From Patescibacteria group bacterium UBA4473 (GTDB lineage: Bacteria; Patescibacteriota; Gracilibacteria; UBA4473), in assembly GCA_002389285.1 (NCBI GenBank), contig DGOF01000029.1:1-63426 (forward strand): DNA of 63,426 bases, read 5' to 3'. Positions 15,510 to 25,656 of the stretch are shown piece by piece. Both the position numbers and the translations under genes were made by a program. Position 1 is the first letter of the stretch. Each line of letters starts with the position of its first letter. The notes under the pieces are model-generated. The model was not told the origin of the DNA. It made no database searches and worked only from the letters and a program-made list of their open reading frames with translations.

Positions 15510-18500
15510 ATGAAACGTTTTCTTGTACCGGCTTTCGTGTTTGGGTCTTTGCTTATGACTTTTTCTTGGGTGGAAGCCCAAGAGGCTGTTTCTCGGGTTC
15601 GATCCGTTGATGAAACACGGTCGGAGGAAAGAATTCAGCGAGATAAAGGCGATGGACTTCTTTTAGAGGCGATAGAAGAAGCGTTGAAGACGGATGAGTC
15701 TAATCCGATTTTGGAGGCACAGAAAAAAATGTTGGCCTATCGGATTGATAAATATGATGATTCGATACGTCCGCCGCAATCGGCCAATAATAATCGTTGG
15801 ACCAATGTGAATAATCGGCGAGTGACGAATTTGCGCTTTGAACAAATTCAAAACGTGGGACCTTCGGAACAACGCACGGAAATTTCTCGAGAATTAGATA
15901 TTTTGACTGGGCAAAGAGCCATTGATGAAAGTTTGCAATTAGGATCGATTGGGAGTGATCGGGATTTGGTGGATCGGGAACCGACGGTAGATATTTCGAC
16001 GATTGATCCGGTAGCGATTCCGTCTCATCCCTGGGAGGAAATGATTGAGGGGAAGTCGTTTGAAGTGCCTTTATCATCACACTTGGCGCCGAAAGATTCA
16101 TTTTATGTTTCGTTTAATGATCCCACACAAGTGAAGGAGATCGAAGATTTTGTCTTTCAGTCGGAGACGTTTGTGAAAGATCTCTATGGTTTTGGGGAGC
16201 TCATGCATTTGAAACCTAAAATGCTGGAACGGCTCGGTCTGCCGGATGATCCGCGACTTTTGTCTTCGCTGGAAGAACTGGCTTTTGTGAGTGATGATAT
16301 TGATTTTCGACATCGTGCGGACTATGCCCTGATTTTGAAATTCAAACCTGGCGCGGATCAGTTGTTCTCTTTCTTTTTTGGGGACACGACTATTCATGAT
16401 TCGATCGGGGATTATGTGGTGATTACGACGCATGATTCTTTTTTGAAAAAAATTCAAAAGACGTTCAAGACGCCCGCTTTGTCGTTGGCGCACGAACTTG
16501 ATTTTCACTATGCGCTTTCGGCGCTTGATCCCCGTCGCGATGGTGTGGTGTATTATTCAGATGCGTTTATCCGCAAACTCACCGGTCCGGCTTATCGTAT
16601 CAAAGCGCGACGACGGAACAATACGTTGAACCGACTCGAGACCTTGCAGTATATTGTCTTTGCCTATCGTGGTTTAGAAAATACCTGGCCGACGTCCTTT
16701 GATCAGTTGGTGGAGGAAGATTATCTGGAACCCAAAGCCGCCGAGACGCTTGAGGACTACGCTCTTGATGATGAAGGCCGGGTGTCGCATGAGGATTGGG
16801 GATCGCTTTGGGATCAGACGCCCGTGACACGGTTGGAAATTGATAGGGTTGGCGTTTCTGAAGCAGATCTTTATAAGCGATTTAATACGCGTTATCAGAG
16901 CTTTTTTCGAGAGTTCTTTGATCCGATTGGAATCGCGTTTGTGGTATCTGACCATGTGTACTTACATACCATCATCTTGCCGCTGATCGAACGCAGTGAG
17001 TATCGGACGTTGCAAAATTTCTTTTCCCAGACCCGTGATCTTTCGTTTTTGTCCGATCATCATCGCAAGGGGGCGCTTATGATTGGGGCGGGATTTTCTT
17101 TGGATGATGTTTTGCAACAATCTGGCTTTTGGGGGCGAAATCTTTCTTTTCCTAACGAAACGCCTTCGGAGGAAGATTTGAAAGAAATTTCTATTTTTAT
17201 GTCCGAAGCCGAATTGTTGGATGATCTCAATGATGAACATCCTTTGGCGGTGTATCAGCGAGAGTTAAGAAAACAAATACGCGCTGGAAAGACGCCGTCG
17301 AGTCGTGAAATATTGCGAGAGTTTCGGCGTCGAGGGCGGGTTTTAGATTTTGTAGGCGATGAAATTTTCTTCGGTATTGGGCGTGATAATATTTTTAGTC
17401 AGAATAATATTGCCAATCTGGATCTGTGGTTGGGGGTTGATCTCAAGAGCCGGGCGAAAGCCGAGCAGTTTATGCGGGATGTGTATGCAAAACTGTATGA
17501 AGAGATGAGTAGTAGTCGACGGGGTGGGTTTGGATTTTTTCAGCTCAGTTCCAATGAACCCTTGGCGAATGAATACTTAGGCCATACGTTTTATATTATC
17601 CCGACGGGGTTTATCAATCTCTATTACACATTCTTTGAGGATACGCTGTATTTCTCGGTTTCGCAGTTGTCGATCAATCGTCTTATCGAAGCGCGTCAGA
17701 GTGCGGTCGAAGAAGTCTTACAGGACACTTTACAGCGTCCAGTCGCTTTTACCGGGACCAAGCATAACATCATGGCGATGATGGATCTGTCGGCGATCTC
17801 TCGCTATGGGGTGACGCCGGATTTGATTCCGGCGCGATCGACGTATCAAGTGCGAAAACAGTATCGAGAGCAGGTGTATCGTCTCCAAGAAGCGTTGACC
17901 TTGGCGCAATCGTTGCCCGACTATGATGGGACGTTGAGCAACACGGCATCGTATTATCGGAACCTGCCGATGGACCTGCTTGAAGCTTCGTTTGAGGTGC
18001 GGGAGGGCAAGCTGTTCTTTGTGTTGAATGGGGAAGATTTTGAAGTCGAGCAACATGCTTTCCCCGATATGTATAGTTATGGAAGAAATTCGCATCCTGA
18101 ATCCAAGCCTCAAATACCGCTGGATCGATTGGCCAATAGTGTCGATGCGCTGGAGGAGGTTCAAGCCTGGATGAAGCTTTATGAGTCGGCGACGGTGGGG
18201 GTGTCGTTTACCGAAGAAGGTTTGGAAGTCAAAATGGCCATTAAAAATAATGCCCATAAAGGAGAGCCGGATGCGCGGTTTGCTGCTGCAGGACTCGATG
18301 GGACGCCCACGGGAGCTCCGGCTTTGAAAATGAAGATGAATGTTCCGAAAGAAGTCTACTGGGTGATCATTGGTTTGATCTTGGGCGTTTTGGGCGCCAA
18401 GATGGTCTCGATGCATGGCAAGCTTTCGGTGAGGGAAGAAGCTGCTCCGGTTGCCCCAACGCCGCCGGTTGCACCATCACCAAAAGCCCCCGACAGTCCG

Positions 18501-18515
18501 TTTGAAGGGGAATAA
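15510..18515 (+). CDS. Large secreted/membrane-anchored hypothetical protein
   Basis: 1001-aa ORF with signal peptide, C-terminal TM helix and Pro-rich tail. Confidence 0.75.
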   Translation: MKRFLVPAFVFGSLLMTFSWVEAQEAVSRVRSVDETRSEERIQRDKGDGLLLEAIEEALKTDESNPILEAQKKMLAYRIDKYDDSIRPPQSANNNRWTNVNNRRVTNLRFEQIQNVGPSEQRTEISRELDILTGQRAIDESLQLGSIGSDRDLVDREPTVDISTIDPVAIPSHPWEEMIEGKSFEVPLSSHLAPKDSFYVSFNDPTQVKEIEDFVFQSETFVKDLYGFGELMHLKPKMLERLGLPDDPRLLSSLEELAFVSDDIDFRHRADYALILKFKPGADQLFSFFFGDTTIHDSIGDYVVITTHDSFLKKIQKTFKTPALSLAHELDFHYALSALDPRRDGVVYYSDAFIRKLTGPAYRIKARRRNNTLNRLETLQYIVFAYRGLENTWPTSFDQLVEEDYLEPKAAETLEDYALDDEGRVSHEDWGSLWDQTPVTRLEIDRVGVSEADLYKRFNTRYQSFFREFFDPIGIAFVVSDHVYLHTIILPLIERSEYRTLQNFFSQTRDLSFLSDHHRKGALMIGAGFSLDDVLQQSGFWGRNLSFPNETPSEEDLKEISIFMSEAELLDDLNDEHPLAVYQRELRKQIRAGKTPSSREILREFRRRGRVLDFVGDEIFFGIGRDNIFSQNNIANLDLWLGVDLKSRAKAEQFMRDVYAKLYEEMSSSRRGGFGFFQLSSNEPLANEYLGHTFYIIPTGFINLYYTFFEDTLYFSVSQLSINRLIEARQSAVEEVLQDTLQRPVAFTGTKHNIMAMMDLSAISRYGVTPDLIPARSTYQVRKQYREQVYRLQEALTLAQSLPDYDGTLSNTASYYRNLPMDLLEASFEVREGKLFFVLNGEDFEVEQHAFPDMYSYGRNSHPESKPQIPLDRLANSVDALEEVQAWMKLYESATVGVSFTEEGLEVKMAIKNNAHKGEPDARFAAAGLDGTPTGAPALKMKMNVPKEVYWVIIGLILGVLGAKMVSMHGKLSVREEAAPVAPTPPVAPSPKAPDSPFEGE

Positions 18516-18640
18516 AATTTGAGGTAAAGAAAAACGCGAGATCTCCCGTAAAAATAAATGGGAAGAGTTCCGCCCGCGTTTTTCATATTATATTACCACA
18601 GGATGGATATAATTGCAAGTGCTTTTGGGGAGGATTTTCC

Positions 18641-19501
18641 TTAATCCACATCAAAGACCTGCCGCAAAAGGCTGTCGATAAAACGGAAGCGGAGTTTTTT
18701 GACGCCGGAGAATTCGCGTTGGACAAAAGAGATCATCGGGATGCCGGCGATTTCTCGGATGCGGAGGTTTTCTTCGAAGATACCGCGGAGCGAGGGATCA
18801 AACTGAAACTTTATGTTTTTTTCGTCACACAGAGAGATGAGATTGATCGTGTGCTCAAACGCATCGCACTGAATCAAGGCGGTGATGTTCTCTTCTTCAC
18901 AGAGGGTTTCGAGTTTATTCAGTTTGCCGAGAATCTGTGAGCCTTTTATCTGTGAAGATAGTCCATAGGGATCAATGACCCCGATGATTTTGTGCGGGGC
19001 GTAGGCGTTGTTTTCAATCGCGTGAATCAATCGTTCGGCCGTTCTATTGGCTCCTACGACCAGGGTTCGGTAGATGTGGCGTTCTTGGCGTTTGAAGCCT
19101 TTGAGGAGCTGTCGGGTTAAAAGCTGCGTGAGGACCAACCAGAGCGTTCCAAAGCTAAAACTATACACACTGATGAGGCGAGAGAAGAGAATTTCGCGGG
19201 GGAAGAAGTAGCTGACGATCATGACGCCGGTGGCAATGGCGCCGCCGAGGAAGATTAAGATGATATCAAAGCTGACGCGGGAGCCGGATCGGGGTGGGAC
19301 GCGGTAGTATTTCGCCAGCATGAGGAAGCCCATCCAGATCAAGGTGCTGAAAAGCGCCACCAGGGCGTAGAGGTGAAAGGGGAAATCCGTGGAAAAGATC
19401 CATCCGACCCGGAGAAAGTACGCCAGCATAAACGCCCCCAAGATGCCGCAGACATCAAGAAGTATTTGGAGGAGCCGGAGATAGATCCAGGTTTTGGACA
19501 T
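18641..19501 (-). CDS. Membrane protein matching the N-terminal TM + Rossmann (CoA-binding-like) part of WcaJ-type sugar phosphotransferases
   Basis: 4 TM helices followed by RTLVVGA; ends at LRFRFIDSLL..VFD, where the catalytic domain would normally begin. Confidence 0.7.
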   Translation of the reverse strand: MSKTWIYLRLLQILLDVCGILGAFMLAYFLRVGWIFSTDFPFHLYALVALFSTLIWMGFLMLAKYYRVPPRSGSRVSFDIILIFLGGAIATGVMIVSYFFPREILFSRLISVYSFSFGTLWLVLTQLLTRQLLKGFKRQERHIYRTLVVGANRTAERLIHAIENNAYAPHKIIGVIDPYGLSSQIKGSQILGKLNKLETLCEEENITALIQCDAFEHTINLISLCDEKNIKFQFDPSLRGIFEENLRIREIAGIPMISFVQREFSGVKKLRFRFIDSLLRQVFDVD

Positions 19502-19572
19502 AGCAATAACTAATATAATGAAAAATTAAAAATTAAACATTAAAATTTATTTGACGGGGAGGCTCTTTGGAA

Positions 19573-20028
19573 TTACGATTTTGTTACAAGTTTGCCCTCT
19601 TGAGGGTTCCCTCCGATTTTGATCGGGGGGTTATTTTTTGTAATGAACTGAATAAATTGTTTTTGCAGATTTTTAAAATCATGGATTTTCATCTGTCCAA
19701 GTTTGTGATGAAGTCTTTTTGCGTCGATATATCTAATTTGGGAAAGATATACATATTGAAACTTATTTTGGTATTTGAATTTGAAATAATAATTCCCTGA
19801 TTTTTGTTTTGAGGTAAGTGGGAGAATGATACAGGCATCATCAAATACTTTTCTGAAAATAATGGCAGGTCTTAAGAAATCATCTCCTTTTCCATAGATT
19901 TCGCTTGCGATGTTTTGTCCAAACTGGACCCACCAAATTTCTCGATCAGAAAAATAAGGACCGGGGCCTTTTTTATGAATGCGTTGTTTATCTTTGTTCC
20001 AAATATTGAAGAGTGTTTCAATGTTCAT
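19573..20028 (-). CDS. PemK/MazF-family toxin
   Basis: EIWWVQFGQNIASEIYGK...RPAII...LPLTS...LSQIRYIDAKRL. Confidence 0.85.
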   Translation of the reverse strand: MNIETLFNIWNKDKQRIHKKGPGPYFSDREIWWVQFGQNIASEIYGKGDDFLRPAIIFRKVFDDACIILPLTSKQKSGNYYFKFKYQNKFQYVYLSQIRYIDAKRLHHKLGQMKIHDFKNLQKQFIQFITKNNPPIKIGGNPQEGKLVTKS

Positions 20029-20149
20029 TTCTTTTTTGTAGCGGAAAAAGTTTGTCTCTCAAAATATTTAATCTGGATTTAATGTAGGCGTACACGCGAA
20101 CAGGTTTCTTCAAGATGCATCTTTTCATCAAGCAAATCTAGGTTCAGAT

Positions 20150-20181
20150 AAAAAAAAGCCGATCAGGGGATCGGCTTTTTT
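20150..20181. terminator. Intrinsic terminator downstream of the pilin gene
   Basis: AAAAAAAAGCCGATC-AGGG-GATCGGCTTTTTT. Confidence 0.8.
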
Positions 20182-20202
20182 GAAAGACTTTCTAAAAGAG
20201 AA

Positions 20203-20724
20203 CTAAGTTGCGTCCGTAGCAGTTCCGTTGATTGATACGCCTTTCGCAGCAGAGGTGAAGGCGGTACTGACATCATCAAGAGCGTCAAGATTAGAATCAC
20301 AAGTAAGGCCCTTCGCAGCCGCAATAGGATCTGCGCCAGTAATGCCATTTACGGCAGCTGCACTTCCTTCGGCATAATAGGCATCGCCTTTATCAGCCGC
20401 GACAATCACCAAAAATTCTTCGCCTTCACCGATGTAAAAATAACATTTGTTTCGATCCGCTGTTGGAAGTTGGGATCCGGTATTGGTTACAGCGGTTGTG
20501 ATCGTGCTGTCAAGATATCCTCCCATTTTATCATTCGCAGCAGTGTCTCCACTATCCATAATGAGGGCTGTGTAGATAGATTTCACATTTGCTTGTCGGG
20601 CATTGTTTCGGGCATTTTCCATTTGTGTCTGATAGGTTCCAACAGAGATGCTGGCCAAGACGCCAATGATTACCACTGCGACTAAGAGCTCAATAAGTGT
20701 AAAACCAAAGCGTTTTGTTTTCAT
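20203..20724 (-). CDS. Type IV pilin / pseudopilin
   Basis: Prepilin cleavage/N-methylation motif KRFG|FTLIELLVAVVIIGVLA. Confidence 0.9.
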   Translation of the reverse strand: MKTKRFGFTLIELLVAVVIIGVLASISVGTYQTQMENARNNARQANVKSIYTALIMDSGDTAANDKMGGYLDSTITTAVTNTGSQLPTADRNKCYFYIGEGEEFLVIVAADKGDAYYAEGSAAAVNGITGADPIAAAKGLTCDSNLDALDDVSTAFTSAAKGVSINGTATDAT

Positions 20725-20931
20725 GATTATAAAAAGGTAAAGAGAAGGGAAAACTTCACGGGGTATTGTAGTGCCGGAGGAGCCTTGCTGGCAACCGTTT
20801 TGATGGTGAAATGAGTGGCGAGAAAGAGAGAATTATGTTAAAAGTGATTAATCAAAAATTAATTTTCATTCTTGAGGCTTCCTCTTATACTGGACACGAC
20901 CTTTTCTTAGCTTTTTAATTTTCTATTTATT

Positions 20932-21894
20932 ATGTCAGTACTGGAGAATACGATTTCAGAGATTATTTGTTCGGGAGCGGAAAATCATCACTCGGGTAAA
21001 GTCCGTGAAAGTTTTACGTTTGCAAATGGCAAGCGCGCGATTGTCGTGAGTGATCGTATTTCTTCTTTTGATTTTATTCTTGGTACGGTGCCGTACAAAG
21101 GCCAGGTGCTCAATCAGATTGCGGCGTGGTGGTTTCGGCAGCTCGATGGGGTGGTTCCGCATCATTTGATCGATACGCCGGATCCGAATATCTCCGTGGT
21201 GAAAAATGCCCAGGTGTTGCCGATTGAGATTATTGTGCGAGGCTACCTGACGGGATCGACGAAGACGTCGTCTTGGTATGCGTATAATAATTTAGACCGG
21301 GTGATCTGTGGGCTGGAGATGCCGGAGGGGATGGTCAAGAACCAAGCCTTTGGGGCACCGATGATCACCCCGACGACGAAGCCTGAGACAGGACATGATG
21401 AACCGGTGACACGCGATGAGATCTTTGAGCGCGGGCTTGTGCCAGAAGATATCTACACACAGGCGGAGGCCTATGCGTTAAAGATGTTTGCGTTGGGGCA
21501 GAAGAAAGCGGCCGAACGCGGATTGATCTTGGTCGATACCAAATATGAAATGGGACTCGATGCGGAGGGAAACCTGATGGTGATCGATGAGGTGCATACA
21601 CCGGATTCGTCACGGTATTGGGTGGCGGATAGCTACGAGGCGCGTATGGCGGCGGGACAAGAGCCGGAAATGCTGGACAAAGAGTTCGTGCGTCGCATGA
21701 TTGTCGAGGCGGGCTATGATGTGGAGAATGATGATCAAGATCCGGCGGACTTCATGACGGACGCCATTCGTTTGGAAGCGTCCAAGAAATATATTCAGTT
21801 GTACGAAAAAATTACGGGTGAAAGCTTTGCGTATCCCGCCGAAGGGAGTGCGCGTGAGCGTATTGAGCAAGCGCTTGCTTCCATAAACTCTTAA
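20932..21894 (+). CDS. purC: SAICAR synthetase
   Basis: SGKVRE, SDRISSFD, PIEIIVRGYLTGS, LVDTKYEMG, DEVHTPDSSRYW, DKEFVR. Confidence 0.96.
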   Translation: MSVLENTISEIICSGAENHHSGKVRESFTFANGKRAIVVSDRISSFDFILGTVPYKGQVLNQIAAWWFRQLDGVVPHHLIDTPDPNISVVKNAQVLPIEIIVRGYLTGSTKTSSWYAYNNLDRVICGLEMPEGMVKNQAFGAPMITPTTKPETGHDEPVTRDEIFERGLVPEDIYTQAEAYALKMFALGQKKAAERGLILVDTKYEMGLDAEGNLMVIDEVHTPDSSRYWVADSYEARMAAGQEPEMLDKEFVRRMIVEAGYDVENDDQDPADFMTDAIRLEASKKYIQLYEKITGESFAYPAEGSARERIEQALASINS

Positions 21895-21897
21895 CCC

Positions 21898-22563
21898 ATG
21901 CGCTTTGATGTCCTGACGCTTTTTCCCGAAGCTTTTGAAAGTTTTTTGAAGACGTCGATGATCGGTCGGGCGGTGGAAAAAGGGCTGATCGATGTGCAGC
22001 TTTTTAACATTCGTGATTTTTCTACGGATAAACATCACTCCGTGGACGATGAGCCCTATGGAGGGGGGGCTGGCATGTTGATGATGTGTCAGCCGTTGTT
22101 TGACAGTATTGAGCATGTGAAAGGTTTGGTGGCGGATGAGGCGCCGGTGATATTCATGACGCCGCAAGGAGATGTCTTTGATCAAACCGTTGCGGAATCG
22201 ATAGTTGATCAAAAAAAGTGTTCAAGAATGATTTTGCTCTGTGGACACTACGAAGGTATTGATCAGCGGGTTCGCGATGCGCTCGTGGATCGCGAAATTT
22301 CTTTGGGAAACTTTGTTTTGACCGGCGGTGAGTTGCCGGCGCAGGTGTTTATCGATGCGGTAGGGCGTTTGGTGCCCGGCGTTTTAGGAAAAGCGGCCAG
22401 CCATCAAGAAGAAAGCTTTTCGGCGCACCTTGATCGTAAAAAAGAATATCCGCACTATACACGTCCGGCGGAATTTCGAGGCCTTAAAGTCCCCGACGTG
22501 CTGCTTTCGGGGCATCATGCGGAAATTGAACTGTGGCGGAAAAACAATTGTAAGGACTCGTAG
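21898..22563 (+). CDS. trmD: tRNA (guanine37-N1)-methyltransferase
   Basis: FDVLTLFPE, VDDEPYGGGAGM, LCGHYEGIDQR, SLGNFVLTGGE, EYPHYTRP. Confidence 0.97.
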   Translation: MRFDVLTLFPEAFESFLKTSMIGRAVEKGLIDVQLFNIRDFSTDKHHSVDDEPYGGGAGMLMMCQPLFDSIEHVKGLVADEAPVIFMTPQGDVFDQTVAESIVDQKKCSRMILLCGHYEGIDQRVRDALVDREISLGNFVLTGGELPAQVFIDAVGRLVPGVLGKAASHQEESFSAHLDRKKEYPHYTRPAEFRGLKVPDVLLSGHHAEIELWRKNNCKDS

Positions 22564-22570
22564 CTTGTTT

Positions 22571-23353
22571 CTAGATTTCGACTTCTTGGACCTGCTCGAG
22601 CGGCGCGTCTTTTTGTCCGTAGTCATCCCCAAATCGGGTCTGGACGTTGAGGAAGTCGGTTCCGTAGCTCTGGAAGATGGCGTTGTAAAAGTATTTCGCC
22701 CAGCCATTTCCAAGGCCCAAACAAGCCATAAGGAGTGGGAGGGTGAGGAAGGCGACGAGCGCGATGTTTGTGATGCCCATCAGGCTGGCAATGCCGGCGA
22801 AGACACAGAGGCCGAGGACGACGCCGTAGAGATCGACGAGCGCGTAGCGTGACCGTCGGAGAATTTCAAAGCTCAGGACACTAAAGAGGACGGAGATCGT
22901 CCAGTGAAAAATACCTAATATCGAGACGCCGGTGGGGCCAAACATGATATTGCCTAATATATAGACTAAGAGCATGAGAAGTCCTATGACGAGATTACCA
23001 ATGAATACATGAGTGAGGGCGGTGGACCTGATTTCGGTTTCTCCTCGGATGGTTGTAGAAAGGAGTACGTGTGTGACGTTGGCGATCAGGGCCGAAAGAA
23101 AGACGCTCATCATAACGACACTCAAAAAGAGGGGATGCGCCGGTGATTCATCTATTTCGAGGGCATCGAGGGCGAGTTCTTCGGTGGTTTTGTTTTCTGA
23201 AATATCAGAAAGAGTTCCCCCAACAATAGACCAACTAAAAAACAAAATAATGCCGAGGACGATACTGCCTGCAAATCCGGAACTAAATCCCACGAATACT
23301 TGAGAGAAAACACGAAGATGGGGGAATGGAAGCAGTGAAGTTGGAGAAGTCAT
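22571..23353 (-). CDS. Multi-pass membrane hypothetical protein
   Basis: About 6 hydrophobic helices; start placed at MTSPT (ORF track begins at 23407). Confidence 0.7.
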   Translation of the reverse strand: MTSPTSLLPFPHLRVFSQVFVGFSSGFAGSIVLGIILFFSWSIVGGTLSDISENKTTEELALDALEIDESPAHPLFLSVVMMSVFLSALIANVTHVLLSTTIRGETEIRSTALTHVFIGNLVIGLLMLLVYILGNIMFGPTGVSILGIFHWTISVLFSVLSFEILRRSRYALVDLYGVVLGLCVFAGIASLMGITNIALVAFLTLPLLMACLGLGNGWAKYFYNAIFQSYGTDFLNVQTRFGDDYGQKDAPLEQVQEVEI

Positions 23354-23426
23354 AAGGGGAGAACTGAATGTCGGAAATATTGTCGCGCGTTTTTTATGAA
23401 TCGTCAAATAATGGAGCTTTGTGTAT

Positions 23427-23462
23427 AAAAAAAGCGTGGACCGATGGGCCCACGCTTTTTTT
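23427..23462. terminator. Intrinsic terminator
   Basis: AAAAAAAGCGTGG..CCACGCTTTTTT downstream of the 23492-24013 gene. Confidence 0.7.
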
Positions 23463-23491
23463 GAAAGTAATCTGCAAATATTTGCGATTAA

Positions 23492-24013
23492 TTACGGCGT
23501 TTCTTCTTCTTTTTTACTTTCTTCTTTGTCTTTTAAGACTTGTTCCGCTGCAGAAAGTGTTGTCTCAGGAGCTTTGGTTTCTGCTTCTGGTGCGGGCGCT
23601 TCTGTTACTGGCGGTGCGGGAGTTTCTGCGACAGGAGGGGTCGCTGCTTCAGGAGCAGCTTCTTCTGGTGCCGGCGGTGTTGGGATCGTGTATCCTGGTT
23701 TGGCCACGCCTGGGGAAGCACATTGCATGCCCAAGAGGTCGGCTTCTTGTCGGTTTGCACCTTCTCCTGCGTAAATATTGATGGGTTCACATCGTTGTCC
23801 CATGTTGATGAGTTGAACGATGATTTCTTGTGCGGCGGCTTTAACGCCTCTTTCTTGTCCCGCTTGTTGGCCGTCTTGGACTCCGGTTTTATAGATTCCA
23901 ACGACGATGGTTTTCTTTACGTCGGCGACAACGTAGAAGAGAGAAAAGAGGACCCAGATGACGAGGATCACTTTGGCGAAAGACCATTCTTTCGAATTGA
24001 TGGGATTTTGCAT
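23492..24013 (-). CDS. Hypothetical membrane-anchored protein with Pro/Ala/Glu-rich tail
   Basis: N-terminal TM helix, a Cys pair and PAPEEAAPEAA low-complexity tail. Confidence 0.7.
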   Translation of the reverse strand: MQNPINSKEWSFAKVILVIWVLFSLFYVVADVKKTIVVGIYKTGVQDGQQAGQERGVKAAAQEIIVQLINMGQRCEPINIYAGEGANRQEADLLGMQCASPGVAKPGYTIPTPPAPEEAAPEAATPPVAETPAPPVTEAPAPEAETKAPETTLSAAEQVLKDKEESKKEEETP

Positions 24014-24264
24014 GACAAAAAAAGGTTAAGAAAAAGTTTCGAATCTGATTATTAATCAAACTTTTTACAAGAATCAACCTTTTTTTGCAAAAATCCCTTG
24101 CCAGATCTCTCTTCCGTAGTTGCTTTAGGCCTTTTTAACCAGAAGTAAAAAACATCTTGAGGCTTCTTTAAAAAAAGTTTGCACTCCCTTATGAAACTCT
24201 TTACACTACTTTCGACTTTAATGTCTTATCCCTTTATCTTCGTACTTTTCATTTTCCTTACCCC

Positions 24265-24924
24265 ATGAAAAAAATTATCTTGACGGCTTTTGTATTAGGT
24301 CTCGGAATGACCTTTATTTCTTCACAGGAAGCGCATGCCTACAAAGAAGAGGCCGTGAGTCGTTTCGCAGCAAAGAAAACTTTCGGTCGAAAATTGCGAA
24401 GTGCTATGCAAAAACGTTGGAATCTTGATTACAAAGAACTCTACATTCGAGATAAATCTTACAAAAATCGTCTGAATCAGATCGAACGTCATAAAGATGG
24501 AATGTTTGCGGGAAATGTAAATGAGCGTTCAACTCAATCTGTTCGAACGGGAGCTTTGACGGACTATTCTGGTCGACGAAATAATAGTGAGTCGAATTAC
24601 GGGACGGTGAACACGCCCAAAAGAAACTTTCGTCGTCGAGCTATTGATTACTATGTTGATGGAGGATACGCAGATCGTCCGGTTTTGGAACAGGGCACTC
24701 GTATGTCGACTCATCGTGTAAAACGAATTCCTGATTCTTACTACAACAGAGGTCTTTTCGACAGCGATATCAAGGATCGGATTCGAAAAACACAAAAAGC
24801 TCTTAAATCTCCAGATCAAGTAGGAGCGGGACAACAGCGACAACGAAGTTACCGAAAAGGATCTTCTTATCGATCTTTTTCTCACCCTTTCATGAATAAT
24901 TCAGTTTTCGGTTCACCTGAATAG
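24265..24924 (+). CDS. Secreted, strongly basic hypothetical protein
   Basis: Signal peptide ending AHA; mature part rich in Arg/Lys. Confidence 0.7.
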   Translation: MKKIILTAFVLGLGMTFISSQEAHAYKEEAVSRFAAKKTFGRKLRSAMQKRWNLDYKELYIRDKSYKNRLNQIERHKDGMFAGNVNERSTQSVRTGALTDYSGRRNNSESNYGTVNTPKRNFRRRAIDYYVDGGYADRPVLEQGTRMSTHRVKRIPDSYYNRGLFDSDIKDRIRKTQKALKSPDQVGAGQQRQRSYRKGSSYRSFSHPFMNNSVFGSPE

Positions 24925-24984
24925 TTAGGTTTTTCTAAAAGATTTTTAAAAAGCGTAGGCATTCTTGTCTGCGCTTTTTTTGTA

Positions 24985-25620
24985 TTATATTTGTGCGGAA
25001 GGACAGACATCTTTGAAAAAACAGTCCTTGCATTTAGGCTTTGGGGCGCGGCAGGTATCACGTCCAAACTGAACGAGTTGATGAGAGAGTTTTCCCCATT
25101 GATCTTGAGGGAGTTTTTTCATGAGATCTTTTTCGATTTTTATCGGGTCTTTGTGCTGAGTGAGTCCTACTCGCTGACTGATGCGACCCACATGGGTATC
25201 CACGACAAACCCAATATTCTTTCCCCACACATTCCAGAGGACGACGTTGGCGGTTTTGCGGCCGACTCCCGAGAGGGCGGTGAGTTCCTCCATGGTATCG
25301 GGGAGTTGTCCGTTGTGTTTGAGGAGGAGTTTGTGAGCGGATTGGTGGAGTGATCGTGCTTTATTTCGAAAAAATCCTGTCGAATGGATGGTTTTTTCGA
25401 GTTCTTCAATGGGTTTGGCGACGTAGCTTTCAAGGTCTGGAAAGCGTTGAAAGAGTGTTTGGGTCACAATATTGACGCGTTTGTCGGTGCACTGCGCAGA
25501 AAGAATGACCGCGAAGAGGAGTGTCCAGGGTTTTTTTCGGTCCCACTGTAAATGACATTCTTCATCTTGATAATGTGTTTTGAGTCGATCGACAAAAACA
25601 AGTGGGAGAATGGACTTCAT
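24985..25620 (-). CDS. nth: Endonuclease III
   Basis: LFAVILSAQCTDKRVN, HhH LSGVGRKTANVV, VDTHV, C-x6-C-x2-C-x5-C Fe-S motif; start placed at MKSIL. Confidence 0.95.
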   Translation of the reverse strand: MKSILPLVFVDRLKTHYQDEECHLQWDRKKPWTLLFAVILSAQCTDKRVNIVTQTLFQRFPDLESYVAKPIEELEKTIHSTGFFRNKARSLHQSAHKLLLKHNGQLPDTMEELTALSGVGRKTANVVLWNVWGKNIGFVVDTHVGRISQRVGLTQHKDPIKIEKDLMKKLPQDQWGKLSHQLVQFGRDTCRAPKPKCKDCFFKDVCPSAQI

Positions 25621-25656
25621 AATCATCTCAAAAAAGAGTATTCTCACCCTACGAAA

